In this document: in pieces, positions 24,033 to 32,000 of the stretch
How the letters are laid out: each line of letters begins with the position of its first letter
Position numbering within the stretch: position 1 is the stretch's first letter
Source: Dehalococcoidia bacterium
Lineage (GTDB): Bacteria > Chloroflexota > Dehalococcoidia > Lucifugimonadales > Australimonadaceae
Reading direction: 5' to 3'
DNA: 32,000 nt
Assembly: GCA_034423175.1 (NCBI GenBank)
Contig: DAOUJA010000062.1
Span: 32,648-64,647, forward strand
Position numbers and translations under genes: made by a program
Notes under the pieces: generated by a model
What the model was told of the DNA's origin: nothing
The model's database searches: none
What the model saw: the letters and a program-made list of their open reading frames with translations, nothing else

Positions 24033-24891
24033 TAGGCCGAAAGACAAGCCCATACCGTACGGTCAGGTGAAGACGTGCGTCATTACGTCGTCGTCCGAAC
24101 TAGCGAACCGCCTCACGGACGAACTCGCTCCGGCGCACGTAGAGGTGAGGCCGGGACTGGAGCTTGCATTGCGCGAACCCGCGCAGGCGTACATCGTGGA
24201 CACACAGGTGGAAGACATGGACCTCTGGCCCGCTCCGCTCCTGGTTGACCCCGATGCAAGGGAGAAACCCTGGCTGTTTCTCGTCTCAACCCCGGACGAC
24301 GTTCCTCCGATGGAAGAGTCGCCGCGGGAAGTCGTCTTCTTCGGGAGGGAGGCTGGCGCCACAACCGACGTGCGTTCCTACTTGGAGAAGCGCCTGGGCG
24401 CAGACGCCGGAAGGCGCTTGCGCAAGGTTGACTACATACGGCAAGCGAAGATACTCATCGTCCACTTCGAGAATGGGAAGTGCTACGCACTTGACCTCGT
24501 GGACATTTCAGGCGCCGACGACACGGAAGCTGCGAGTTGGGAGATCGGTGAAGGGCAGGAGTATCTGAAGGTGACGCAGCGGTCCGGAAACGTCCTCGAG
24601 GTGCCATGGGACGCCGTCCTCTACCACTGCGACCCGAACTACGCCTATTACAAGGACAAGCCGCAACCCGATGCCGAGCCGCCCACTGCACGCGCCGAGC
24701 GCATCGGAGCGCGGGTGCGCGACATCCGCACTGCGCGAAGCATGACCAGCACGCAGTTGGCGGAGCGCTCCGGTATGCAGCGCCCCAACCTCAGTCGCAT
24801 GGAAAGCGGTAAGCACGTGCCGTCCCTCGAAACCCTGGAACGCATCGCTGAAGCGTTAGACTTGCCCGTCGCACGGCTCATCGTGCCATAG
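24022..24891 (+). CDS. Three-part protein: unknown N-domain (aa 1-135) / DUF2442-like (aa 135-205) / XRE-family HTH (aa 226-285)
   Basis: 289 aa counted from ATG 24022, with GGAGGA 5 nt upstream. The middle part, KILIVHFENGKCYALDLVD...GNVLEVPWDAVLY, resembles DUF2442. The C-terminal part, IGARVRDIRTARSMTSTQLAERSGMQRPNLSRMESGKHVPSLETLERIAEAL, is a classic HTH_3/XRE motif. Confidence 0.75.
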   Translation: MKNDRPKDKPIPYGQVKTCVITSSSELANRLTDELAPAHVEVRPGLELALREPAQAYIVDTQVEDMDLWPAPLLVDPDAREKPWLFLVSTPDDVPPMEESPREVVFFGREAGATTDVRSYLEKRLGADAGRRLRKVDYIRQAKILIVHFENGKCYALDLVDISGADDTEAASWEIGEGQEYLKVTQRSGNVLEVPWDAVLYHCDPNYAYYKDKPQPDAEPPTARAERIGARVRDIRTARSMTSTQLAERSGMQRPNLSRMESGKHVPSLETLERIAEALDLPVARLIVP

Positions 24892-25002
24892 GGCCAGTTC
24901 CCGGCCGCTTATCCGCTGCTTGTTCCCATGGAACCGCCTCCGTTTGTGCGCGGGGGCTCCTTGCGATAGTCTCCCAGCGCAAACCATCCGGGAAGGGGCG
25001 GG

Positions 25003-25452
25003 ATGAAGTACCAGGGGAAGGTGTCGCTGCAGGCCACGGCCGAGACCGTCTGGGACGTCGTGCTGGATATTGAACAGTTCGCGGACTGCATGCCCGGCGT
25101 GCAGGACCTCGTGAAGATAGACGACCGGACGTTCGAGGGCGGGATGAGCGCGAGGGTTGGTCCGGTCTCGGGGGACTTCAGGTTCACGTCGCAGATCGTG
25201 GATGCGGAAGCCCCGGTCAGCCTGACGGCCCACGTGGAGGGCGAGGACTCGCTGACGAAGAGCACGATGACCTCGGACATCACGATGACCCTTTCCCCTG
25301 ACGGAAGCGCCACCGAACTGGCGTACGTGGCCGAGGTTAACATCAAGGGCCGCCTGGGCATCGTCGGCGACATGATCCTGCGGGCGACCGGCGCGCAGGT
25401 CATCGAGGAGTTCTTCAACCGCTTGCGGAAGAAGGTAGAAGTCCCGGCTTGA
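25003..25452 (+). CDS. CoxG/SRPBCC-family protein
   Basis: 149 aa. The pattern VWDVVLDIEQFADCMPGV...RVGPVSGDFRF...NIKGRLGIVGDMIL...EEFFNRL follows the CoxG (carbon monoxide dehydrogenase subunit G) family. Confidence 0.85.
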   Translation: MKYQGKVSLQATAETVWDVVLDIEQFADCMPGVQDLVKIDDRTFEGGMSARVGPVSGDFRFTSQIVDAEAPVSLTAHVEGEDSLTKSTMTSDITMTLSPDGSATELAYVAEVNIKGRLGIVGDMILRATGAQVIEEFFNRLRKKVEVPA

Positions 25453-25466
25453 GGAGGCGCTGAACA

Positions 25467-26993
25467 GTGCAGGCGAAACGTTCCTACGACGTCGTTGTTA
25501 TCGGCGGAGGCTCGGCGGGATGCGCCGCCGCCGCCCGGCTGAGTGAGGACGCAGACCGGCAGGTGCTGCTGCTCGAGGCGGGGCCAGACCCGCAGCCCAT
25601 CCCGCACGAGATTGCCGACGGGAGCCGGGTTGCGCGCGTCGTGCTGGAGTCGCCGTACGTCATGCTCTACCCGACGCCGCGCTCAGGCGACGGCAGCACG
25701 TTCTACAAGGTGAGCGGACGCGTGATGGGCGGCGGTTCGTCGGTCAACGCGATGGCGGTCGTCCGCCCTACGAAGCACGACCTCGACACGTGGGCGGAGC
25801 TCGGCAATCCCGGCTGGTCGTTCGACGAGTGCCTGCCCATACTGCAGCGCATCGAGACCGACTCGGACTACGGGGGCAACGACATCCACGGAGAGGACGG
25901 GCCGCTGTACGTCTACCGGGCCTTCAGGGTAGATGAAGAGGAGAGTGCGGACGCGCCGGTGCGCGCGTTCATCGCCCGTGCGTTGAGCATGGGACTGCCC
26001 ATGTGCCCGGACCTCAACGTGCCTGCCCCTTACGGGGTCTGCAGTTCCGCCTACAACATCAAGGACGGGGTGCGGCAGAACACGACGGTCGCCTATCTCG
26101 ATCCGGCGCGCGGGCGCCCGAACCTGGACGTCGTCGCCGACGCCCAGGTGCAGTCGCTCTCCATCGCGAACGGGCGCGTCAACGGGGTCGTCTACAAGCG
26201 CGAAGGCGAAGTGAGCTCGGTCTCAGCGGACGTGGTGGTGCTCTGCGCGGGCGTCTACCACAGCCCGCAGATTCTCATGCTCTCCGGCATAGGTCCGGCT
26301 GGCGAGCTGGAGCGTCTCGGCATCCCTGTCGTGAACGCGCTGGAGGGCGTGGGCGAGAACTACCAGGACCACGCCACGATGGAGATGACGTTCGAGGGGC
26401 GCAGCGAGTTCAACCCGGACTGGGTGATCCCCCGCTTCCGCCTGATGTACAAGAGCGACCCGAGCCTTCCGCATGGCAACTTCCACATCTTCCAGCGCCC
26501 GCCCACAGTGATCGAAGGCCTGAAGAGCATGTGGCCGGTGTCCGCGAACCTGCTCGAGCAGCGGGATCTCGGGCGCATCCGTCTCGTGAGCGCCGACCCG
26601 GAGGACCTGCCGGAGGTTGAGGACGCGATGCTCCGGCACCCGGACGACCTGAAGGCGATGCTGAATGCGATGGAGTTCATCTACGAGCTCATCGATCACG
26701 ATTCGATGCGGGAGTTCTACGGCCCGCTGATCTCCCCGACGCGGGACGAAGACTGGGCCGAGTTCGCCCGCAGCGCGCACGGCAGCTACCACCACGGCAT
26801 CGGCACCTGCAAGATGGGCCCGGCATCCGACCCCATGGCCGTGGTGGACGCCAACCTGAAGGTGCACGGCATCGACAACCTGTACGTTGCGGACGCCTCC
26901 ATCATGCCGACCATCCCGCACGCGAACACCAACGTCACGTCCATCATGATCGGCGAGCGCCTGTCCGACATCGTCAAGGGCCTCGTCGCGTAG
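25467..26993 (+). CDS. GMC-family FAD-dependent oxidoreductase
   Basis: 508 aa with an N-terminal YDVVVIGGGSAGCAAAARLSE FAD motif, a GGGSSVNAM motif and a C-terminal HHGIGTCKMG...LYVADASIMP active-site region. GTG start with GAGGAGG upstream. Confidence 0.9.
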   Translation: MQAKRSYDVVVIGGGSAGCAAAARLSEDADRQVLLLEAGPDPQPIPHEIADGSRVARVVLESPYVMLYPTPRSGDGSTFYKVSGRVMGGGSSVNAMAVVRPTKHDLDTWAELGNPGWSFDECLPILQRIETDSDYGGNDIHGEDGPLYVYRAFRVDEEESADAPVRAFIARALSMGLPMCPDLNVPAPYGVCSSAYNIKDGVRQNTTVAYLDPARGRPNLDVVADAQVQSLSIANGRVNGVVYKREGEVSSVSADVVVLCAGVYHSPQILMLSGIGPAGELERLGIPVVNALEGVGENYQDHATMEMTFEGRSEFNPDWVIPRFRLMYKSDPSLPHGNFHIFQRPPTVIEGLKSMWPVSANLLEQRDLGRIRLVSADPEDLPEVEDAMLRHPDDLKAMLNAMEFIYELIDHDSMREFYGPLISPTRDEDWAEFARSAHGSYHHGIGTCKMGPASDPMAVVDANLKVHGIDNLYVADASIMPTIPHANTNVTSIMIGERLSDIVKGLVA

Positions 26994-26994
26994 G

Positions 26995-27016
26995 CTTGCA
27001 GGACGCGTCTTGCAAG
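26995..27016 (+). terminator. Short hairpin immediately after the GMC stop codon
   Basis: cttgcagga-cgcg-tcttgcaag forms a 9-bp stem including one G-U pair. There is no U tract, and the next gene starts 40 nt downstream, so it may only attenuate transcription. Confidence 0.3.
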
Positions 27017-27055
27017 ACGGAGTAAGATGGCGCCACACGGAACAAGGAGGATGCC

Positions 27056-27517
27056 ATGACCACCGAGACGCAGACCACACCGAAGACGTCCACGTTCTCC
27101 ATCGCGGGGCCGTACCTGTCGGCGGGGCGCACGAACATCGACCTTGCGCGCACCGATCTGCTCTGGCTGAGCTTGAAGGTCAACGCGGAGGGCGGCGAGA
27201 ACGCGGTGCACGCCCACACGGACGAAGACCACGCGTTCGTCGTGCTGGAGGGTGAGGTCACCTTCTTCGACGAGAACGGCGATGGGAAGGTGCTCGGCCA
27301 GTACGAGGGGATCATGATCCCGAAGGGCGCCTACTACCGGTACCTGAACACCGGCGGGCGGAACCTGTTCCTGCTGCGCGTAGGCGCGCAGATGGACACG
27401 AGCGAGGGCATCCAGACGCGGGTGAAGCCGGACGGCAACGCCATCCCCGCCGGCTCCGCGGAGAACTTCCACATCGACCCCGTGGAGATCGAGGGCAAGT
27501 TCTTCGGCGCGAAGTAG
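27056..27517 (+). CDS. Cupin-domain protein (monocupin)
   Basis: 153 aa. GGENAVHAHTDEDHAFVVLEGEVTFFDENG...IMIPKGAYYRYLNTG gives cupin motifs 1 and 2. AAGGAGG RBS. Confidence 0.85.
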   Translation: MTTETQTTPKTSTFSIAGPYLSAGRTNIDLARTDLLWLSLKVNAEGGENAVHAHTDEDHAFVVLEGEVTFFDENGDGKVLGQYEGIMIPKGAYYRYLNTGGRNLFLLRVGAQMDTSEGIQTRVKPDGNAIPAGSAENFHIDPVEIEGKFFGAK

Positions 27518-27521
27518 GCGT

Positions 27522-28541
27522 TCAGAGAGCGTAGAACTCTCTGGCGTTGCCGCCAGAGATCCGGGCGCGTTGCTCCTCGGTGAGGTCTGCGCGGGCCATG
27601 AGCGTATGCAGGCTCTCGGGGTACTCGCCATCCCAGTGCGGGAAGTCCGTGGCGTACATAACGGCGCTGTCACCGATGACCCGAAGCGTTTCCGGAAGAA
27701 GGGTCTCTTCGGCCTCGCAGGTGAAGTAGACGTTGCCGTCCCGGACATAGTCGCTGGGCGGCCTCGTCAGGGTCGGCATCTCCTGCTCGCCCCGTAATCG
27801 GAAGCGCTCGTCCATCCGGTCCAGGAGGAACGGGACCCAGGTACAGCCAGCCTCCAGGAACCCCATCTTCAGCCTCGGGAAGCGTACGAGCACGCCCTCG
27901 CACAGGACGCTCGTGAGGTGCCGCATCTGTGCAAAGGGATGTCCGAGGGTGTGCACCTCCGCGAACTGCGGGAAGAGGTGGTGATAGATGCTGTCCCAGA
28001 CGTTCCCGCCTTCGTGGATGGTTATCGGGCAGCCGAGGCGCTCGGCCTCAGCGTAGATGGGGTCGAAGCGCGAGTCGCCGTAGACGTAGGGTCCCTCCGG
28101 CAGCATGCCCGCCACCATGCCGAGGTCGCGCACCGCCCGCTGGAGCTCCTCGGCAGCGGCCGACGGGTCCTGCACGGGGAGGAGCGCGACGCCCTTGAAC
28201 CGTTCGTCTACGCTGAGGAACTCGCTGTGCAGCCAGTCGTTGTAGGCACGGCAGCGGGCGATCGCGAACTCGGGCTCCCGGATCTGGCCGTTGCGCAGGC
28301 CGACGGTCGGGAAGAGCACGGTTGCAGCCAGACCACCTTCGTCCAGGGCTTGCTGCCAGGTTGGAGCATCGACGTCGAACAGGCCCAGCGTGCCTCCCAG
28401 GTGACGGTCGAAGCCGTCGTTGGCACTGATGCCCAGCGGGGAGCGCGTGTTGAAGGGTGGCGCGATGAACTGCCGCATGCGCCGATCGTCGTCGCGAACG
28501 TGGCCGTCGGCGTCGATCGGGCCGGTTGGGGCGATGGCCAT
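27522..28541 (-). CDS. Amidohydro_2-family hydrolase/decarboxylase (paralog 4)
   Basis: 339 aa with IDADGHVRD and YATDFPHWD motifs. GGGAGG RBS. Its stop lies 4 nt from the stop of the convergent cupin gene. Confidence 0.9.
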   Translation of the reverse strand: MAIAPTGPIDADGHVRDDDRRMRQFIAPPFNTRSPLGISANDGFDRHLGGTLGLFDVDAPTWQQALDEGGLAATVLFPTVGLRNGQIREPEFAIARCRAYNDWLHSEFLSVDERFKGVALLPVQDPSAAAEELQRAVRDLGMVAGMLPEGPYVYGDSRFDPIYAEAERLGCPITIHEGGNVWDSIYHHLFPQFAEVHTLGHPFAQMRHLTSVLCEGVLVRFPRLKMGFLEAGCTWVPFLLDRMDERFRLRGEQEMPTLTRPPSDYVRDGNVYFTCEAEETLLPETLRVIGDSAVMYATDFPHWDGEYPESLHTLMARADLTEEQRARISGGNAREFYAL

Positions 28542-28628
28542 AGGAACCTCCCTTCAGATGAGCGTCCTCACTGTGCCACGGGCCAGGTCGCAAGACAACC
28601 CGGCATCGAGGAGCGTGCTATCCCCGCG

Positions 28629-30794
28629 CTACCCCAGGGCGCGCCAGACGCGCTCGGTGAGGAGGGGCATATCGACGCCGCTCACGTCGGCGCCGGAACG
28701 GGCGAGTGCGTCGGCGACGGCGTTCGTGACCGCGACGGGCGCGGCGACCGTCGGCAGTTCGCCGATGCCCTTGATGCCCAGCGGGTTGGTTGGCGAGGGC
28801 GTCTGCTGGTTCTCCAGCAGGAACGCGGGGAGGGACTCCGCGACGGGGATGCCGTAGGTCATGAAGCTGGCGGTCTGCGGCTGGCCCGCCGCCGAGTAGA
28901 GCATCCCCTCGCTCAGCGCCTGGCCGATGCCCTGGGCGATGCCGCCCTGAATCTGGCCGCGTACGATGACCGGGTTGATCATGGGGCCGCAGTCGTGCAC
29001 CGCCGCGTAGTCGGTGAGGCGGACGTCGCCGGTGCCCTCGTCCAGCTCGACGACAGCGACGTGCGCGGCGAAGCCGAACGGGTTGGCGGGCAACTCCCAC
29101 TCCAGTTCCACGGTGATGCCGTTCGGGGGGATGACGCCGCCCGCCGCTTCCAGCCGGCGCTTCACCTCCAGCAGCGCTACGTAGGCGGCGTTGCCGCCCA
29201 CCGCGAGGCCGCGGCTCGACGTCGTGCCGCCGCCCGAGGCGAGTTCGTCGGTGTCGCCGTGGTGCAGCTCGACCATCTCGGGGGCGATCCCCAGCGTGTC
29301 CGCAGCGATCTGCGAGAACGACGTGGCCGTGCCCTGTCCGTGCGGTGAAACGTCCGTGACGATGACGACGCGTCCGTCCGGCTTCAACTCGACGCGGGAG
29401 AGGCTCTTGCGCACGTTCGCCTTGCCGCCGGACGCCTTCGTGACCGTCGCGACGCCGATGCCGGTGCGGAACGGGCCGCGCTCGGACGCCTGCCGTTCGC
29501 GCAGACCGGCGTAGCCGGCCATGCCGAGCGCGCGGTCGAACGCGGTGTGGAAGTCGCCGGAGTCGTAGAGCAGGCCGGTGGCCGTCTGGTAGGGGAAGGC
29601 GTCGGCGGGGATGAAGTTGCGGCGGCGTATCTCGGCGGGGTCCATGCCGAGCCTGCGCGCGGCGTCGTCCATGATGCGCTCGATGGGGACGGCGGCCTCG
29701 GGCCCGCCCGCGCCGCGATAGGGGCCCGTGGGCGGACGGTTGGTCGTCACGCCGAGGCACTCCACGTCCATCGCGGGAATGGCGTATGGCCCGGCGACTC
29801 GCTGGACGGCGTTGCCCAGTGGACCGCCGCTGGAGGTGAGGAAGTACGCGCCCATGTCGGCAAGCATGCGGATGCGGACGCCGAGCATGGTGCCGTCCGA
29901 GCGCACGGCTGCCTCCACGTCCGCGGTGAAGCCGCGGCCGTGCGACGCGAGCGTGCTCTCGGAGCGCTGCTCGGTCCACTTGACCGGCGCGCCGAGCTGA
30001 ACGGCAGCGTACGCAGCGGCAACCTCCTCAGGCCACACCTCGATCTTCCGCCCGAAGCCGCCGCCGACGTCGGGCGTGATGACGCGCACGTCGAGGTCGC
30101 CGGGGAGCAGCATGGCGAGGAAGGTCTTGACGCGGTGCGGCACCTGCGTTGACGTCCAGACGGTGAGCCGTCCGCTATCCGCGTCCGGCGCGATGACGAT
30201 TCCCCGGCACTCCATCGGCATCGCGACGAGGCGTGGGATCTCGTACGAGGCCTCGACGATCTCGTCGGCGTTCTCGAACGCCTCGGCGACGTTGCCTGCG
30301 CCCGCCTCGGTGCGCATAACCACGTTCGTACCGATGTCCGGGTGCAGCGGGCCCGCGTCCGACGCCGACTCACGCGGGTCGAGCAGGGGCGGGAGCGGCT
30401 CGTAGTCGACGGCGATGCGGTCGCGAGCGTCGAATGCCTGCGCCCGCGTCGACGCCACGACGATGGCGACGGGCTGGCCGACGTAGCAGACGCGGCCCTT
30501 CGCCAGAACGGGGTGCTCGGGGATGGGGGTGCCGCCCATTCCCTCACGCCGTATCGCGCCGATGTCGGGGACGAGGCCGTCCAGGTCGGCGCCGGTGTAG
30601 ACGGCAGCGACGCCGGGGCTCGCCCTCGCTGCGGCGGTGTCGATCGCGTGGATGCGGGCGTGGGCCTCCGTGCTGCGGAGCACGACGGCGTGGAGCATCC
30701 CGTCCAGCTGGATGTCGTCGACGAACGTCCCGCCGCCGCGCAGCAGCCGCTCGTCCTCCTTGCGCGCCAGGCCCTGGCCGCGGTAGGTGGTCAT
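28629..30794 (-). CDS. CoxL form-II-like molybdopterin-binding large subunit (xanthine dehydrogenase family)
   Basis: 721 aa counted from ATG 30794. N-terminal GQGLARKEDERLLRGGGTFVDD, the active-site loop PTGPYRGAGGPE (AYRGAGR-like, not the form-I CSFR loop), and a C-terminal KGIGE region. The upstream 152 codons of the track ORF overlap the bicupin gene and are junk. Confidence 0.9.
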   Translation of the reverse strand: MTTYRGQGLARKEDERLLRGGGTFVDDIQLDGMLHAVVLRSTEAHARIHAIDTAAARASPGVAAVYTGADLDGLVPDIGAIRREGMGGTPIPEHPVLAKGRVCYVGQPVAIVVASTRAQAFDARDRIAVDYEPLPPLLDPRESASDAGPLHPDIGTNVVMRTEAGAGNVAEAFENADEIVEASYEIPRLVAMPMECRGIVIAPDADSGRLTVWTSTQVPHRVKTFLAMLLPGDLDVRVITPDVGGGFGRKIEVWPEEVAAAYAAVQLGAPVKWTEQRSESTLASHGRGFTADVEAAVRSDGTMLGVRIRMLADMGAYFLTSSGGPLGNAVQRVAGPYAIPAMDVECLGVTTNRPPTGPYRGAGGPEAAVPIERIMDDAARRLGMDPAEIRRRNFIPADAFPYQTATGLLYDSGDFHTAFDRALGMAGYAGLRERQASERGPFRTGIGVATVTKASGGKANVRKSLSRVELKPDGRVVIVTDVSPHGQGTATSFSQIAADTLGIAPEMVELHHGDTDELASGGGTTSSRGLAVGGNAAYVALLEVKRRLEAAGGVIPPNGITVELEWELPANPFGFAAHVAVVELDEGTGDVRLTDYAAVHDCGPMINPVIVRGQIQGGIAQGIGQALSEGMLYSAAGQPQTASFMTYGIPVAESLPAFLLENQQTPSPTNPLGIKGIGELPTVAAPVAVTNAVADALARSGADVSGVDMPLLTERVWRALG

Positions 30795-30796
30795 GG

Positions 30797-31807
30797 TTAC
30801 TCCACCGGCAACACCGGCATGTGCACCTGTACGTAGGTCCCCGGAATCTGCTGCCAGCAGATAAAGCGCAGGTCCTCGTCGTGCGGGTTCGTCGTCTCGT
30901 GCCTCGTTCCCGCGGGGATGCAGGTGAAGTCGCCCGCGCGGACGCGCACGCGCTCCTCGCCGATGACCTCGACGCCCTCGCCGCCGATGTAGTAGCGGAC
31001 GGCGTCGCCGGAGGTCTGGGGCGCGCCGTTCTCCGTGTGCGCGGGAACATTCTCCATGAACAGCTGGAACGAGTAGATGTCGAAGCCGAGCTCCGGCGAC
31101 ATGATGTGGTGCCTGCCGGGGCCCCACTCCATGATGGGCGCTTCCTCCGCCGGAACGTGGAGGCGCTTCTGCTCGCGCCGGCGCTGCATCTCCAGCGCGA
31201 TCCGCCCGAACGCCATCTGCTCCTCCAGGTACCGAAGGTAGAGCGGCCAAGGCTCCAACTTGCCCAGTTCCTCGTCCGAGAGGTCGCTCACCTCAGGGGC
31301 CTTGTGGGGCGCGGTGAAGTGGACGAATGGCGTCGGCACCTGCCGGTACGTTCCGGGGAACTGCTGCGCGGCGAGGAAGACGAGCGGCTCCGGGTGCGGG
31401 TTCTCCGTGCCGTGCCAGATGTTGGCGGGGACGTGGCAGAAGTCGCCGACCTTCACGTCGAAGCGGACGTCTTCGATGAGCTCCTGGCCGCCGCCCTTCA
31501 CGTAGAACTTGAGGGCGTCGCCGTGGGTGTGGTAGCGCTCCGAGCCTCCGGCGCGCCCGGACGTGAAGACGTGCAGGTTGTGGACGTTGAAGCCGAGCTC
31601 AGGCCCCACGATCATCCGCTGGTTGGGCCCGGCGTTCGGTACGTCGGCCTCCTCGGCGGGAACGTGGACGCGTCCCAGCTTCCTGCGCTTGTCGAGCGCG
31701 AGCGCGGCGCGCCCGAAGTTCACCTGCTTCTCCATGTAGAGGGCGTACAGCTCCTCCGGCGTCAGCTGCGCCAGCTCCTCCGGCACGATCCCTGCTGTTG
31801 TGGCCAT
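30797..31807 (-). CDS. Bicupin protein (dioxygenase-like, gentisate-1,2-dioxygenase-type architecture)
   Basis: 336 aa counted from ATG 31807, with GGAGGAA 4 nt upstream. It has two homologous halves. The first has cupin metal ligands (YHTHGDA...NIWHGTEN). In the second the ligands are largely replaced (PQTSGDA...TRHETTN). Its stop lies 2 nt before the CoxL-like start. Confidence 0.8.
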   Translation of the reverse strand: MATTAGIVPEELAQLTPEELYALYMEKQVNFGRAALALDKRRKLGRVHVPAEEADVPNAGPNQRMIVGPELGFNVHNLHVFTSGRAGGSERYHTHGDALKFYVKGGGQELIEDVRFDVKVGDFCHVPANIWHGTENPHPEPLVFLAAQQFPGTYRQVPTPFVHFTAPHKAPEVSDLSDEELGKLEPWPLYLRYLEEQMAFGRIALEMQRRREQKRLHVPAEEAPIMEWGPGRHHIMSPELGFDIYSFQLFMENVPAHTENGAPQTSGDAVRYYIGGEGVEVIGEERVRVRAGDFTCIPAGTRHETTNPHDEDLRFICWQQIPGTYVQVHMPVLPVE

Positions 31808-32000
31808 CCGTTCCTCCGCTGCGTCTGTGTGGACGCCTGCGCGTGAGGCTAGCAAAACCGGAGCGCCAGCGAAAGTTTCCGGGGCAGGAAGCAGGCGTCC
31901 AGCGTCCGTGGCTCCGCTCATGGAACAGGCGTAGGGGGGAGGGGGCAAGGGGCGGGGTAGAACCGGCAGAGTTAGTCACAAACGGAGAGGGGCCTCCATA

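Noticed and set aside
24909-25607. 232-aa minus-strand ORF opposite coxG
   Set aside because: It is antisense to a well-matching CoxG-family gene and to the start of the GMC gene. It has no RBS or motif.
28629-30794. Calling either Mo enzyme a carbon monoxide dehydrogenase because of CoxL/CoxG similarity
   Set aside because: The form-I CoxL active-site loop (AYxCSFR type) is absent. One protein has a form-II-like PYRGAGG loop and the other an XDH-like FRGPG loop. No CoxM/CoxS genes are present, so a CO-oxidation call is not supported.

Overview
High-GC window (roughly two-thirds G+C by eye, not computed) with strong GGAGG-type ribosome-binding sites, so a chromosomal segment of a high-GC bacterium; the taxon cannot be fixed from sequence alone. 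I support about 30 protein genes, one tRNA-Arg(TCG) and two families of short hairpin-forming intergenic repeats. Most of the long ORFs in the six-frame track are GC-driven shadow ORFs. Left part (1-7600): DUF805 membrane protein, a truncated retropepsin-like ORF, an MFS transporter, a SAM methyltransferase, a 1038-aa RND permease with no adaptor gene beside it, tRNA-Arg, and an ORFan. Centre and right (7600-31800): a dense oxidative/hydrolytic catabolic supercluster. It holds two xanthine-dehydrogenase/CoxL-family molybdopterin large subunits (neither has a CoxS/CoxM-type partner gene anywhere in the window), a Rieske ferredoxin, four Amidohydro_2-type paralogs (two are a recent tandem duplicate), three cupins including a bicupin, and CoxG. 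It also holds a GMC oxidoreductase, Zn-ADH, an NAD-epimerase-like gene, two SDRs, a two-cysteine maleate-isomerase-like protein, a second MFS transporter, and a GatC/AtzG-like::amidase fusion. Items most worth a second look: (1) a compositionally distinct two-gene module at 23.7-24.9 kb. It pairs a DUF4160 protein with a three-part protein (unknown N-domain, DUF2442-like, XRE-HTH), sits behind twin TCATGCATGA palindromes, and carries the only DNA-binding domain in 32 kb. (2) An SDR, Rieske ferredoxin, orphan Mo-hydroxylase large subunit operon ending in a sharply low-GC foreign membrane gene. (3) Dispersed-repeat copies sitting in frame as the linker that fuses a GatC/AtzG-like domain to an amidase. 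No CRISPR array, rRNA, transposase or integrase was found.
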